Below, piece after piece: positions 1 through 8,693 of a stretch of DNA of 27,443 bases. Below the pieces are notes generated by a model. It did no database searches. It was given only the letters and a program-made list of their open reading frames with translations, and was not told the DNA's origin. The position numbers were made by a program, and so were the translations under genes. The DNA is from Thermotogota bacterium (lineage in GTDB: Bacteria > Thermotogota > Thermotogae > Petrotogales > Petrotogaceae). The DNA lies in NCBI GenBank assembly GCA_051748045.1, contig JBNJGY010000024.1:1-27443 (forward strand), read 5' to 3'. The stretch's first letter is position 1. The number at the start of each line of letters is the position of its first letter.

Positions 1-38
1 ATCTACAATCGCCAGGGGCAATTGATCGCCTCTACGGC
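1..38 (-). repeat. GTAG-type REP-like imperfect palindrome, possibly part of a cluster cut by the window edge
   Basis: Minus strand reads GTAG-AGGCGATCAATTGCCCCT-GGCGATT-GTAGAT. Bases 1-40 are 22/40 G+C in an otherwise very AT-rich window. Imperfect hairpin AGAGGCGAT/ATTGCCCCT begins within the GTAG tetranucleotide. Confidence 0.4.
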
Positions 39-87
39 ACAGGAAATAATTTCAAAAAAATAATAAAAACAAAGAGGAGAAAAGAAA

Positions 88-1137
88 ATGACTGTAAAAC
101 AAATTATTTTATTATTAATTGCTTTAGGAATATCCATTCCATTTTTTATTCCAGCTAGAACAGAGGACATAAATTCTGAAAACGGAAAAGAAAGTATTGC
201 GGAAATAGTAGAACTAGAAATTGGAGGAACGGATCAATCACTTATAATAAGAGGTAAAGATGTCAATAACCCTATTTTACTTTTTTTATCAGGGGGACCG
301 GGAGCTTCAGAATTAGCTAGAGTTAGAGAATTCAATCAAGAATTAGAAAATGATTATACTCTTGTCGTTTGGGAACAGAGAGGTGGAGGAAAATCTTTCG
401 ATGGTAGTTTGAAAAAAGAGGATCTAGAAGTGGAAAACTTTGTAAACGATATTAAAGAAGTTTCTGAATATCTAATTGATAGATTTAATAAAGAAAAAAT
501 ATATCTTATGGGGCATTCTTGGGGTACTATTATTGGAGTAGAGGCAGCTAAAAAATTCCCTGAACTATTTCATGCTTATATTGGTGCAGCTCAAATGGTT
601 AATGTAAAAGAAGCAGATAAAATTATATATAACAGATTATTTGATTATGCAAAAGAAAATGATAAAGATTTGGAAGACAAATTGACTGAAATGGGAGAAC
701 CGCCTTATACAGGTGAGAAAATTCATAAAGATTATTTGTATATGATGTCAAAAGAATTTGTAACTTTTGAAATCCCTAATATTAAAAACAAAGAATATCT
801 TGAAGCTCAAGGACTTTTTGATTTTATCGCTATAAAAGAGTATTCCATGATGGACAAAATTAATTTTTTTAGAGGAGCAATAAAAGTTTTTAATGTAGTT
901 TATCCACAACTACAAGATTTTGATTTCAGAGAATCAGCTACTAATTTTGATATTCCTGTTTATATTTTAACTGGTAGTCATGATTATAACGCTCCTTATT
1001 GGATAACAGAAGAATATTTCAATAAGATTAATGCTCCTTCTAAAAAACATTATTGGTTCAGCGAATCAGGACATGGTCAAATATGGTCTGAAGCAGATAA
1101 ATTTCATGAAATTATGAGAAAAATAAAAGAGTTATAA
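88..1137 (+). CDS. Secreted or membrane-anchored alpha/beta hydrolase (proline iminopeptidase-like)
   Basis: N-terminal hydrophobic segment; SGGPG oxyanion motif, GHSWG nucleophile elbow, candidate Asp (GSHDY) and His (SGHG); SD GAGGAG upstream of ATG. Confidence 0.85.
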   Translation: MTVKQIILLLIALGISIPFFIPARTEDINSENGKESIAEIVELEIGGTDQSLIIRGKDVNNPILLFLSGGPGASELARVREFNQELENDYTLVVWEQRGGGKSFDGSLKKEDLEVENFVNDIKEVSEYLIDRFNKEKIYLMGHSWGTIIGVEAAKKFPELFHAYIGAAQMVNVKEADKIIYNRLFDYAKENDKDLEDKLTEMGEPPYTGEKIHKDYLYMMSKEFVTFEIPNIKNKEYLEAQGLFDFIAIKEYSMMDKINFFRGAIKVFNVVYPQLQDFDFRESATNFDIPVYILTGSHDYNAPYWITEEYFNKINAPSKKHYWFSESGHGQIWSEADKFHEIMRKIKEL

Positions 1138-1173
1138 TTTCATATAAAATCCCCATAGCTTTATTTAACTCTG

Positions 1174-1201
1174 GCAGATGCGATTATGCATCTGCTTTTT
1201 T
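1174..1201 (+). terminator. Rho-independent terminator after the hydrolase
   Basis: GCAGATGC-GATTAT-GCATCTGC followed by T6. Confidence 0.85.
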
Positions 1202-1206
1202 ACATC

Positions 1207-1260
1207 TTAAGAATTATTTAAGAATTTAAAAAGTTTTTTTATAGCATTTTAACTTATAAT
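1207..1260 (+). promoter_or_regulatory. Promoter of the TCS/exporter operon with an OmpR-type direct repeat
   Basis: TTAAGAATT at 1207-1215 and 1218-1226 (11-bp period); TATAAT at 1255-1260; no consensus -35. Confidence 0.6.
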
Positions 1261-1291
1261 ATTATTGAGAATAGTTTTTTGAGGTGATTAT

Positions 1292-1984
1292 ATGAATGAA
1301 AATATTTTAATAATAGATGATGAAATAGAAATTAGAAATTTGATTGAAATCTATTTAAAAGGTGAAAACTATAATATTTTCCAAGCAGAGAATGGAAAAC
1401 AAGGGTTGAATATTCTAAGAAACGAAGATATAGATTTAATAATTCTTGATTTAATGATGCCTGAAATGAATGGGAGAGATTTTTGTATTGAAACCAGAAA
1501 AAAATATGATACACCAATTATCATGTTGACTGCGAAAGATCAAGATGTTGATATTATTTTAGGTCTTAATCTTGGCGCTGATGATTACATTACAAAACCA
1601 TTTAATCCCCTAGAATTAATTGCTAGAATTAAATCTCAATTAAGAAGATCATATTTCAACAAAAGCAAAAATAATAATGATAAAAATGAATTTATTCATA
1701 AAGGAATTTATTTGAATACAAACACTAGAGAAATTAAGATAAACGATAAAGATATAAACCTTACTCCTACAGAATTTGAAATTTTAAAACTTTTGTTAGT
1801 TAACAAAGGAAACGTTATGAGCATGGATAAAATTTACGAAGAAGTTTGGGGCAATGATTTTATGGATTCCAAAAATACTGTCATGGTTCATATAAGAAAA
1901 TTGAGAGAAAAAATCGAATTAGATTCTAAAACCCCTTATTATATTAAGACAATATGGGGGGTTGGTTATAAAATTGAAAAATAA
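1292..1984 (+). CDS. OmpR/PhoB-family response regulator
   Basis: Receiver motifs IIDDE, LDLMMP, MLTAK, GADDYITKPF; winged-helix LTPTEF...VHIRKLREK...TIWGVGYK; SD GAGGTG. Confidence 0.95.
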   Translation: MNENILIIDDEIEIRNLIEIYLKGENYNIFQAENGKQGLNILRNEDIDLIILDLMMPEMNGRDFCIETRKKYDTPIIMLTAKDQDVDIILGLNLGADDYITKPFNPLELIARIKSQLRRSYFNKSKNNNDKNEFIHKGIYLNTNTREIKINDKDINLTPTEFEILKLLLVNKGNVMSMDKIYEEVWGNDFMDSKNTVMVHIRKLREKIELDSKTPYYIKTIWGVGYKIEK

Positions 1985-3416
1985 AACAATCAGAGGTTAT
2001 TTTTTAATGGCTTTTATTATAAGCTTCTTTTCTGCAATTATCATAAACTTTGTTTTATTAAATATCTATTCAAAACTTGTCTTTGAATATAGGAAAAACA
2101 GCATAAACGAAGTTTTAGACAATCTTAAAAATCATACTGAAGAAGATCATGATCTTAAAAAAGCATTTAATAATTTTGTAAATAGTTTTGATTTAGGCAA
2201 CAGCACTGTTGGAATTATTAACGAAGACAAAAAATTAATAGCTTCAAATAAACCTATTAATAATATATCTTTTGACAAGTTTAATTTTGATAAGTTCAAC
2301 TTTGAAAACAACAATTTTCTGGAGTTTACTTCTTATGATTTTAAGCCAGATCCACCATTTAAACCAGCCATTAAAAAAGAGCAGTATATATACATTCCTT
2401 TCAAAAATAACAATAATCAGTTTTATTTAATTATTGATTTTGAACCTGGTAAAACAATCGGAATGCTTTTAAATAGAGATACAATGTTTTTTATATCTAT
2501 GATTTCTTCAATTATTATTTTTCTTATTATTTTTTATTTGATTACTAATAAAAAGATAAAATATATTAATAAAATTTCTAAAGAAATATCAAAAAAGTCT
2601 TTTGGAAAATTAGATCATAAATTAGAAGTAAAAGGAAACGATGAAATAGCTGAAATAATAAAAAATATAAACTATATGTCTGAAGAAATAAGCAATCAAA
2701 TAGAGAACGAGAGAGAAGCAGAAAAAGAAAAATACGAATTGATTTCTAATATATCTCATGATCTTAGAACACCTTTAACTTCTGTAATTGGTTATTTAGA
2801 TTTGATAAAAAAAACAAATTATGATGATAAAAATCAACTAAAAGAATACTCAAATATAGCACACAGAAAATCTATTAAAATTAAAGAATTAGTTGATAAT
2901 CTTTTTGAATTCACAAAATATAACAACAAAGATATACAGATATCTAAAATGAGAGTTAACCTAAATGATTTTATTGAACAATTTATATACGAAATGTCTG
3001 ATTATGAAAAAAAATATAATAAAAAATTAAAAAAACATTTGTGTAACGAAGATGTTTATGCAGAACTTGATCCACAACTTTACTTTAGAGTTTTTCAAAA
3101 CCTCTGTATAAATGCTTTTAAATACTCAAAAAATAATTCTGATATCGATATTATCGTCAGTGATAATATAAAAGAAGTGACTATAACAATTTCTAATTAT
3201 ACAAACGACAGAGAAAATATAGATATTGACAAAATATTCAATAGATTTTATAAAGAGGATAAATCAAGAAGTACAATTAAAGGTGGTTCTGGATTGGGAC
3301 TATCAATAGTAAAAAGTATTTTAGATACCCATCAACACGATATTATAGCTAAAAAAACAGAAGACATAATTTCATTTAAAATTATTATTAAAAAAAATAA
3401 AAGGGAGGAATTTTAA
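1974..3416 (+). CDS. HAMP-domain sensor histidine kinase
   Basis: Two TM segments, HAMP (GNDEI), H-box SHDLRTPL, N-box NLCINAFKY, G2 GSGLGLSIV. Start placed at TTG 1974, which has a GGGGGTTGG SD-like sequence upstream; TTG 1962 is the alternative. Confidence 0.92.
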   Translation: MKNKTIRGYFLMAFIISFFSAIIINFVLLNIYSKLVFEYRKNSINEVLDNLKNHTEEDHDLKKAFNNFVNSFDLGNSTVGIINEDKKLIASNKPINNISFDKFNFDKFNFENNNFLEFTSYDFKPDPPFKPAIKKEQYIYIPFKNNNNQFYLIIDFEPGKTIGMLLNRDTMFFISMISSIIIFLIIFYLITNKKIKYINKISKEISKKSFGKLDHKLEVKGNDEIAEIIKNINYMSEEISNQIENEREAEKEKYELISNISHDLRTPLTSVIGYLDLIKKTNYDDKNQLKEYSNIAHRKSIKIKELVDNLFEFTKYNNKDIQISKMRVNLNDFIEQFIYEMSDYEKKYNKKLKKHLCNEDVYAELDPQLYFRVFQNLCINAFKYSKNNSDIDIIVSDNIKEVTITISNYTNDRENIDIDKIFNRFYKEDKSRSTIKGGSGLGLSIVKSILDTHQHDIIAKKTEDIISFKIIIKKNKREEF

Positions 3417-4414
3417 TGAAAAAAAGTTTAGTTACATCTATTATTTTGATAGTATTTATTTTTGCTTTTACCACTAGTATTACCGATTTATACGAACAAG
3501 CGAAAGAGGTTTCTAACGATTATAAACTTTTAGAAATAGACAAGGAAATTGCTTTAATGGATTATGAAAAATCGAAAATTGAATCAATAAACAAAAGAAC
3601 AGATTTATCAGCAGAACTAAGCTATGTTCAAAATATGAATAATTATTACTCTTCATTGAAAAACTATTATAATTCTATAAATTCTATTGTTTATGATTAT
3701 AAAATATCAGAAATAGATATCCAGGTGCTAAATTTACAAATCGAAAATGCTGAAATTAATTATAACAACAATAAAAACCTATATGAAAAAGAATTAATTT
3801 CAGAAAATGCATTGAAAAATAGTAGGATTTCTTTAGATGATTTAAAAAATTCTCTTTTAAATGTCGAAAATAATTATGACCAAAAAAAAGATGAATATGA
3901 AAAATATTTTGACTCTGAAATTAATTCAATAGAATTTGATATAAACTTAGAAAACATTAAATATACCGATGAAACTTATGTAGCAAGTTCACTTTTGGTT
4001 GAACAGAGTGAATTAAACTTAGAGCTAACAAAGTATAACTTTGATACTTTATCTCAAAATAGTTCTCAATACGATAAAAGAAGTGCAGAGTTGAACGTAA
4101 AAAAATCTGAAATAAATTTAGAAAAAACCTTAGAAAATGTCGAAGAGCAGAACAATAATTCTTACATAAATTTAGAAGCACAGAGAAACACAGTGAATAA
4201 TTTATCTGAAATGGTTTCTATAAAACTAAATAATTTAGAAAATGATCAGAACAGTTTTAAAAATAGTTTAATTTCTAAAACTGAACTCAATCAAACAAAA
4301 ATAGACTATTACAACACCCTAAAAAATCTGTACTCAAACGAAAAAAATCTTTTGAATAGTTTAATCAACTATATTTTAAACGTTCAGGTATCTCCGGAGG
4401 AGGTAATGAATTGA
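3416..4414 (+). CDS. TolC/OEP-like protein, apparently all alpha-helical (no beta-hairpins)
   Basis: Signal peptide; two internal helical repeats ending in tip motifs LYEKELIS and FKNSLIS; located in an exporter operon; TAATG coupling to the kinase. Confidence 0.65.
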   Translation: MKKSLVTSIILIVFIFAFTTSITDLYEQAKEVSNDYKLLEIDKEIALMDYEKSKIESINKRTDLSAELSYVQNMNNYYSSLKNYYNSINSIVYDYKISEIDIQVLNLQIENAEINYNNNKNLYEKELISENALKNSRISLDDLKNSLLNVENNYDQKKDEYEKYFDSEINSIEFDINLENIKYTDETYVASSLLVEQSELNLELTKYNFDTLSQNSSQYDKRSAELNVKKSEINLEKTLENVEEQNNNSYINLEAQRNTVNNLSEMVSIKLNNLENDQNSFKNSLISKTELNQTKIDYYNTLKNLYSNEKNLLNSLINYILNVQVSPEEVMN

Positions 4415-5685
4415 AATTAAAATATATCACTTTATCAGTATTTTTGATAATTTCTATATTTTCTTTTTCAAGTGTGAATTCAATAATAGAAGAAAAATTA
4501 AATGAAAACAGTAATTATCAAAAATCTTTGGAAAATTATATTTCAACAAAATACAGTAATTCAATCTACAACAATTGGTTTCAGCCTTATTTGAGTTTAT
4601 CTACAAACCAATTAACAGGTATCACAATAACAGAGGACGGCCTTAGCGATATTGGATTAAATGCAGAGGTTAACATTGCAAATTTTTATGGAGTTAATTT
4701 TGGAGTTCAAATACCTTTTGATATAAAAACAGAAGACAGCTTTGATTTTGATGTGCAAAAAGAGAATATAAGTTTATCAATAACTTATGGGTTAAAAACC
4801 GAGTACTTTTCTAATAGGTTATCTAGAGAATCTAACCTTTTATCCTCTCAGCACAATCTTGAAGAAATAGAAGACTCTATTATCATAAATACATTTAAAG
4901 AAGTGTTTAATTATTACTATTTGAAAAATAACATAGACCTACAATATCAAAAGTTAGAACTATTGGAAGATAAGCACGAAAATTCCGAGTTAGAAGACGA
5001 AAGAGATAATCTAAAAAAACAAATGTTAAATCAAGAATCTCTAATTTTGTCTTTGGAAAATTCATTAGCAAATATTAATATAGATTTTTCAGAAGAATTA
5101 TACATTGATTCAAAATCAAAGATTAAAAACATAGTTAATAATAGTTTTGATTTATCTATTGATAATAGAAAAGATATTGAAGCCTTAGAATTAGCAAAAG
5201 AAGTAGATAAAAGAAATACTAACTTATGGTTTTTGCCTTTTTTGCCCGATCTAAACTTCACTTTTGGAGTAAGAGATTATGAAAATTGGAACTGGGAGTT
5301 TGGTATTAATTTCCAGTATGATATTTTAGATAGAGGAGAAAGGCTTGGAGAGGCTTTAACTAGAAAAAACAACATAACTACTTTAGAATATAATGAAAAA
5401 ATAGAAACTATAAATAGAAATATAAAAAATCACGAAAACAGCTTAGATACCATGAACCTTGAATTACAGATTTTGGAGTTAGATTATGAAAATTTGATAG
5501 ACGATTTAGAAAAATCAGATAACTTAAACAAACTTGGTTATATTAGTAATATAGATCATAATTTAAACTTAATCAATCTTGAAGTAAAAAAATTGGAAAT
5601 TGAAAAACAAAAAAATGAAATAATAATAAAGGAACTAGAACTATTAAATGAAAAAGGTTTATACATTAGAGGTGAGCTAAATTGA
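4411..5685 (+). CDS. TolC/OEP-family outer-envelope protein with beta-strand segments
   Basis: Signal peptide; QPYLSLS...ISLSITYGL and LPDLNFTFG...WEFGINFQYDILDRG amphipathic strands; RKDI and KLGYIS motifs; TTG start with SD GGAGGAGG. Confidence 0.75.
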   Translation: MKLKYITLSVFLIISIFSFSSVNSIIEEKLNENSNYQKSLENYISTKYSNSIYNNWFQPYLSLSTNQLTGITITEDGLSDIGLNAEVNIANFYGVNFGVQIPFDIKTEDSFDFDVQKENISLSITYGLKTEYFSNRLSRESNLLSSQHNLEEIEDSIIINTFKEVFNYYYLKNNIDLQYQKLELLEDKHENSELEDERDNLKKQMLNQESLILSLENSLANINIDFSEELYIDSKSKIKNIVNNSFDLSIDNRKDIEALELAKEVDKRNTNLWFLPFLPDLNFTFGVRDYENWNWEFGINFQYDILDRGERLGEALTRKNNITTLEYNEKIETINRNIKNHENSLDTMNLELQILELDYENLIDDLEKSDNLNKLGYISNIDHNLNLINLEVKKLEIEKQKNEIIIKELELLNEKGLYIRGELN

Positions 5686-6728
5686 AGAAAGCTTTTATAT
5701 TTATAATCATAATAATAATAGCTGTTATATCTGTTTTTTTCATAATAAACAACAATAAAGATACTGATAAAAATACAGATCAGAAAAATGTAGAGAATAT
5801 ATTTACAACTTACACAATAGAAAACACTCGAATTGGAGATTATATTGAAATAACAGGTACTGTAGAAGCTGATGAAAGAAATGTTGTCTCAGAAGTTTCA
5901 GGTAAAGTTACAGAATTATATATTGAAAAAGGCCAAAAAGTAAGTGAAGGAGATCTTTTGGCTAAATTTGAGGATTTGGAGTATAGAATCGCCTATTTAA
6001 ATGACCTTAGAAATTTTGAATTGGCTGTTAATGATAGCCCTAAAATAAAAGAAATCAAGGAATTACAACTAGAATTATCAAAAAGAAATTTGGAAAATAC
6101 CGAATTGAAATCTCCAGTCGAAGGAACTATAAGTGATGTATATATTGGAGAAGATGATTTTGTTCCTACTAATCAAAATATCATCAGTATAGTTGATACA
6201 AACTCTTTGAGAATTGAGAGCGTAGTGGATGAAATAGATTTATCTAAAATTCATGTTGGTATGCAAGCCCTTGTAGAATTCGATCAATTAAACGCATCTA
6301 TTCCTGCAGAAATAAATCTTATAAACCCAGTGGCAGTAAACTCTGGTGGTCTAACTACTATCCCAATAGAGTTAAACTTCACAGAAGATGCCAATAAATT
6401 TGGTGTTATTCCAGGCATTACCGGAAATGTAAAATTGATTATTTTAGAAGCAGAAAATGAAATTGTAATCCCAACAAATGCTTTGAATCAAGATGGTAAA
6501 GGAAATTTTTTTGTTTTTTTAAAAACAGAAAACGAACCTGAAAAAATTAATATTGAGATAGGCGAGAAAACTGATGATAGAGTAATAGTGAAATCAGGGT
6601 TGGAATTTGGTCAAACCTTAGTAATTTACCCTGATCAAGAAGAATTGGAAAGATTAAAAGATAAATATGAAGAAAAGAATCCTTTTGGTCCAGCAGGTCA
6701 AAAAAAAGCACCCGGTGGTGGAAAATAA
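5682..6728 (+). CDS. Periplasmic adaptor / membrane fusion protein (MacA/YknX-like)
   Basis: N-terminal TM; lipoyl-like halves VSGKVTELYIEKGQKVSEGDLL and LKSPVEGTI; VDEIDLSKIHVGM; IVIPTNAL; VKSGLEFG. Confidence 0.9.
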   Translation: MKKAFIFIIIIIIAVISVFFIINNNKDTDKNTDQKNVENIFTTYTIENTRIGDYIEITGTVEADERNVVSEVSGKVTELYIEKGQKVSEGDLLAKFEDLEYRIAYLNDLRNFELAVNDSPKIKEIKELQLELSKRNLENTELKSPVEGTISDVYIGEDDFVPTNQNIISIVDTNSLRIESVVDEIDLSKIHVGMQALVEFDQLNASIPAEINLINPVAVNSGGLTTIPIELNFTEDANKFGVIPGITGNVKLIILEAENEIVIPTNALNQDGKGNFFVFLKTENEPEKINIEIGEKTDDRVIVKSGLEFGQTLVIYPDQEELERLKDKYEEKNPFGPAGQKKAPGGGK

Positions 6729-7402
6729 TGAATGTTATGACACTAAAAAATATTAGAAAAACTTATCAAATGGGTAAAATAGATGTTCATGCTTTAAAAG
6801 ATATTAGTTTTGAAGTAGAAAAAGGAGATTTTACCATAATAGTAGGACCTTCTGGATCTGGAAAATCTACCCTTTTGCAAATATTAGGCGGTTTAGATAG
6901 GCCAACTGCTGGAGATGTAATTATAGAAAAAGACAATATATCTCATATGAAAGATAAAGAATTAGCAATTGTAAGGAATAAAAAAATTGGGTTTGTTTTT
7001 CAGAAGTTCAATTTATTAAGTAATTTGTCTGCTCTAGAAAATGTTGCATTGCCAATGGTTTATGCAGGGGTTAGTTTATCTGAAAGAAAAGCAAAAGCAA
7101 AAGAATTATTAGAACTTGTTGGTCTTGGGAATAGGATAACACACAAACCAAATGAGTTATCTGGAGGACAACAACAAAGAGTAGCTATAGCAAGAGCACT
7201 TGCAAACGATCCAACTTTTTTACTAGCTGATGAACCAACAGGTAATCTAGATACACAAAGTGGAACTGATCTCTTGAATGTTTTTCATAAACTACATTCT
7301 ATGGGTAAAACTTTAGTTATAGTTACTCATGACCAAGAAATGGTTAATGAAGGAAATAAAGTCGTTAAAATAAGAGACGGCCTCATTGAAGAGGTGAATT
7401 AA
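6728..7402 (+). CDS. ABC transporter ATP-binding protein (MacB/LolD family)
   Basis: Walker A GPSGSGKST, signature LSGGQQQRVAIARAL, Walker B LADEPTGNLD, VTHD. Confidence 0.96.
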   Translation: MNVMTLKNIRKTYQMGKIDVHALKDISFEVEKGDFTIIVGPSGSGKSTLLQILGGLDRPTAGDVIIEKDNISHMKDKELAIVRNKKIGFVFQKFNLLSNLSALENVALPMVYAGVSLSERKAKAKELLELVGLGNRITHKPNELSGGQQQRVAIARALANDPTFLLADEPTGNLDTQSGTDLLNVFHKLHSMGKTLVIVTHDQEMVNEGNKVVKIRDGLIEEVN

Positions 7403-8626
7403 ATGGAAATATTAAGAGAAACTATTAGATCACTGATATCTAACAAATTGAGAACTTTTTTATCCATGTTGGGAATAATCATAGGAATTACATCTGTTAT
7501 AGCTGTTATTTCTTTAGGAGAGGGAACTACTCAAAATTTAACTGAAAGTGTTTCTTCATTGGGGTCAAATGTTCTCATAATAACTCCTGGAAAAACAACT
7601 ATAAGAGCAGGGTCTAGTTCTTCAAACAATTCATTAACCGTTGATGACGCCAATAATATAAAATATTCTGCCCCTAGTGTTAGATCTACATCACCAGTTT
7701 TACAAGGATCATTTTTACTTAAGAAAGATGATTTGAATATAAATTCAACCCTTTTATCTTCTAATAATGATATAGTTTCAATATTGAATTTGGAATTGTC
7801 TGATGGAAAGTTTTATGACTCAACAGATATGGAAGAAAAAAGAAATGTTATGGTTATAGGATACGAAATTGCAAATGAATTATATCCAAATGAAAATCCC
7901 ATAGGAAAAAATATTTCTGTAATGCAAAACATATCTAATTCTTTAACAAGAAAAGTTAACTTCGAAATAATAGGGGTTATGAAGGAAACAGGCAGTAAGT
8001 TATTATACAACATAGATACAACTGTGTTAATACCATTTTCAACTGGAGATGCCAGATTATTTCAATCAAATGGTAATGTTCAACAAATTTTAGCTTCAGC
8101 TCAATCCCAAGAAATGTCTAAAACTGCTCAAATTGAAATTGATACAATATTATACAACAAATTTGGATCTGAATCTTTTAACATAATGAGTCAAGATGCA
8201 ATTTTAGAAGTTATAGGAAATGTGACTGGTATCATGAGCTTTATTTTAGTTGCCATAGCAGCAATATCTCTTGTTGTCGGAGGAATTGGAATAATGAATA
8301 TTATGCTTGTATCAGTTTCAGAAAGAACAAAAGAAATAGGAATTAAAATGGCAATAGGCGCAAGTAGGAAAAGAATTCTTTTCGAATTTATTTTCGAAAG
8401 TATTGCCATTACCTTTATCGCTGGTATTATCGGAATAATTTTTGGTATTTTATTGTCTAACGGTATAGCATCTTTAGCAAAAGAATTTAATTTAAGTGCT
8501 TTAATTAGCTGGCAAGCTATTTTTGGTTCTTTTGGTATTTCTGTCGCTGTAGGGTTATTTTTTGGTATTTATCCAGCTAACAAAGCTTCAAAATTAAGTC
8601 CTATTGAAGCTCTAAGATACGAATAA
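7403..8626 (+). CDS. MacB/FtsX-family ABC permease (YknZ-like)
   Basis: RTFLSMLGIIIG; large extracytoplasmic domain; VGGIGIMNIMLVSVSERTKEIGIKMAIGA; C-terminal PIEALRYE. Confidence 0.95.
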   Translation: MEILRETIRSLISNKLRTFLSMLGIIIGITSVIAVISLGEGTTQNLTESVSSLGSNVLIITPGKTTIRAGSSSSNNSLTVDDANNIKYSAPSVRSTSPVLQGSFLLKKDDLNINSTLLSSNNDIVSILNLELSDGKFYDSTDMEEKRNVMVIGYEIANELYPNENPIGKNISVMQNISNSLTRKVNFEIIGVMKETGSKLLYNIDTTVLIPFSTGDARLFQSNGNVQQILASAQSQEMSKTAQIEIDTILYNKFGSESFNIMSQDAILEVIGNVTGIMSFILVAIAAISLVVGGIGIMNIMLVSVSERTKEIGIKMAIGASRKRILFEFIFESIAITFIAGIIGIIFGILLSNGIASLAKEFNLSALISWQAIFGSFGISVAVGLFFGIYPANKASKLSPIEALRYE

Positions 8627-8633
8627 TTTTTAT

Positions 8634-8660
8634 GTGCTGTCTTTTATGACGGCACTTTTT
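8634..8660 (+). terminator. Rho-independent terminator closing the exporter operon
   Basis: GTGCTGTC-TTTTAT-GACGGCAC (one G-U pair) followed by T5. Confidence 0.8.
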
Positions 8661-8693
8661 GTTATATAATAGAGAAAAAGGGGGGAATAAATT

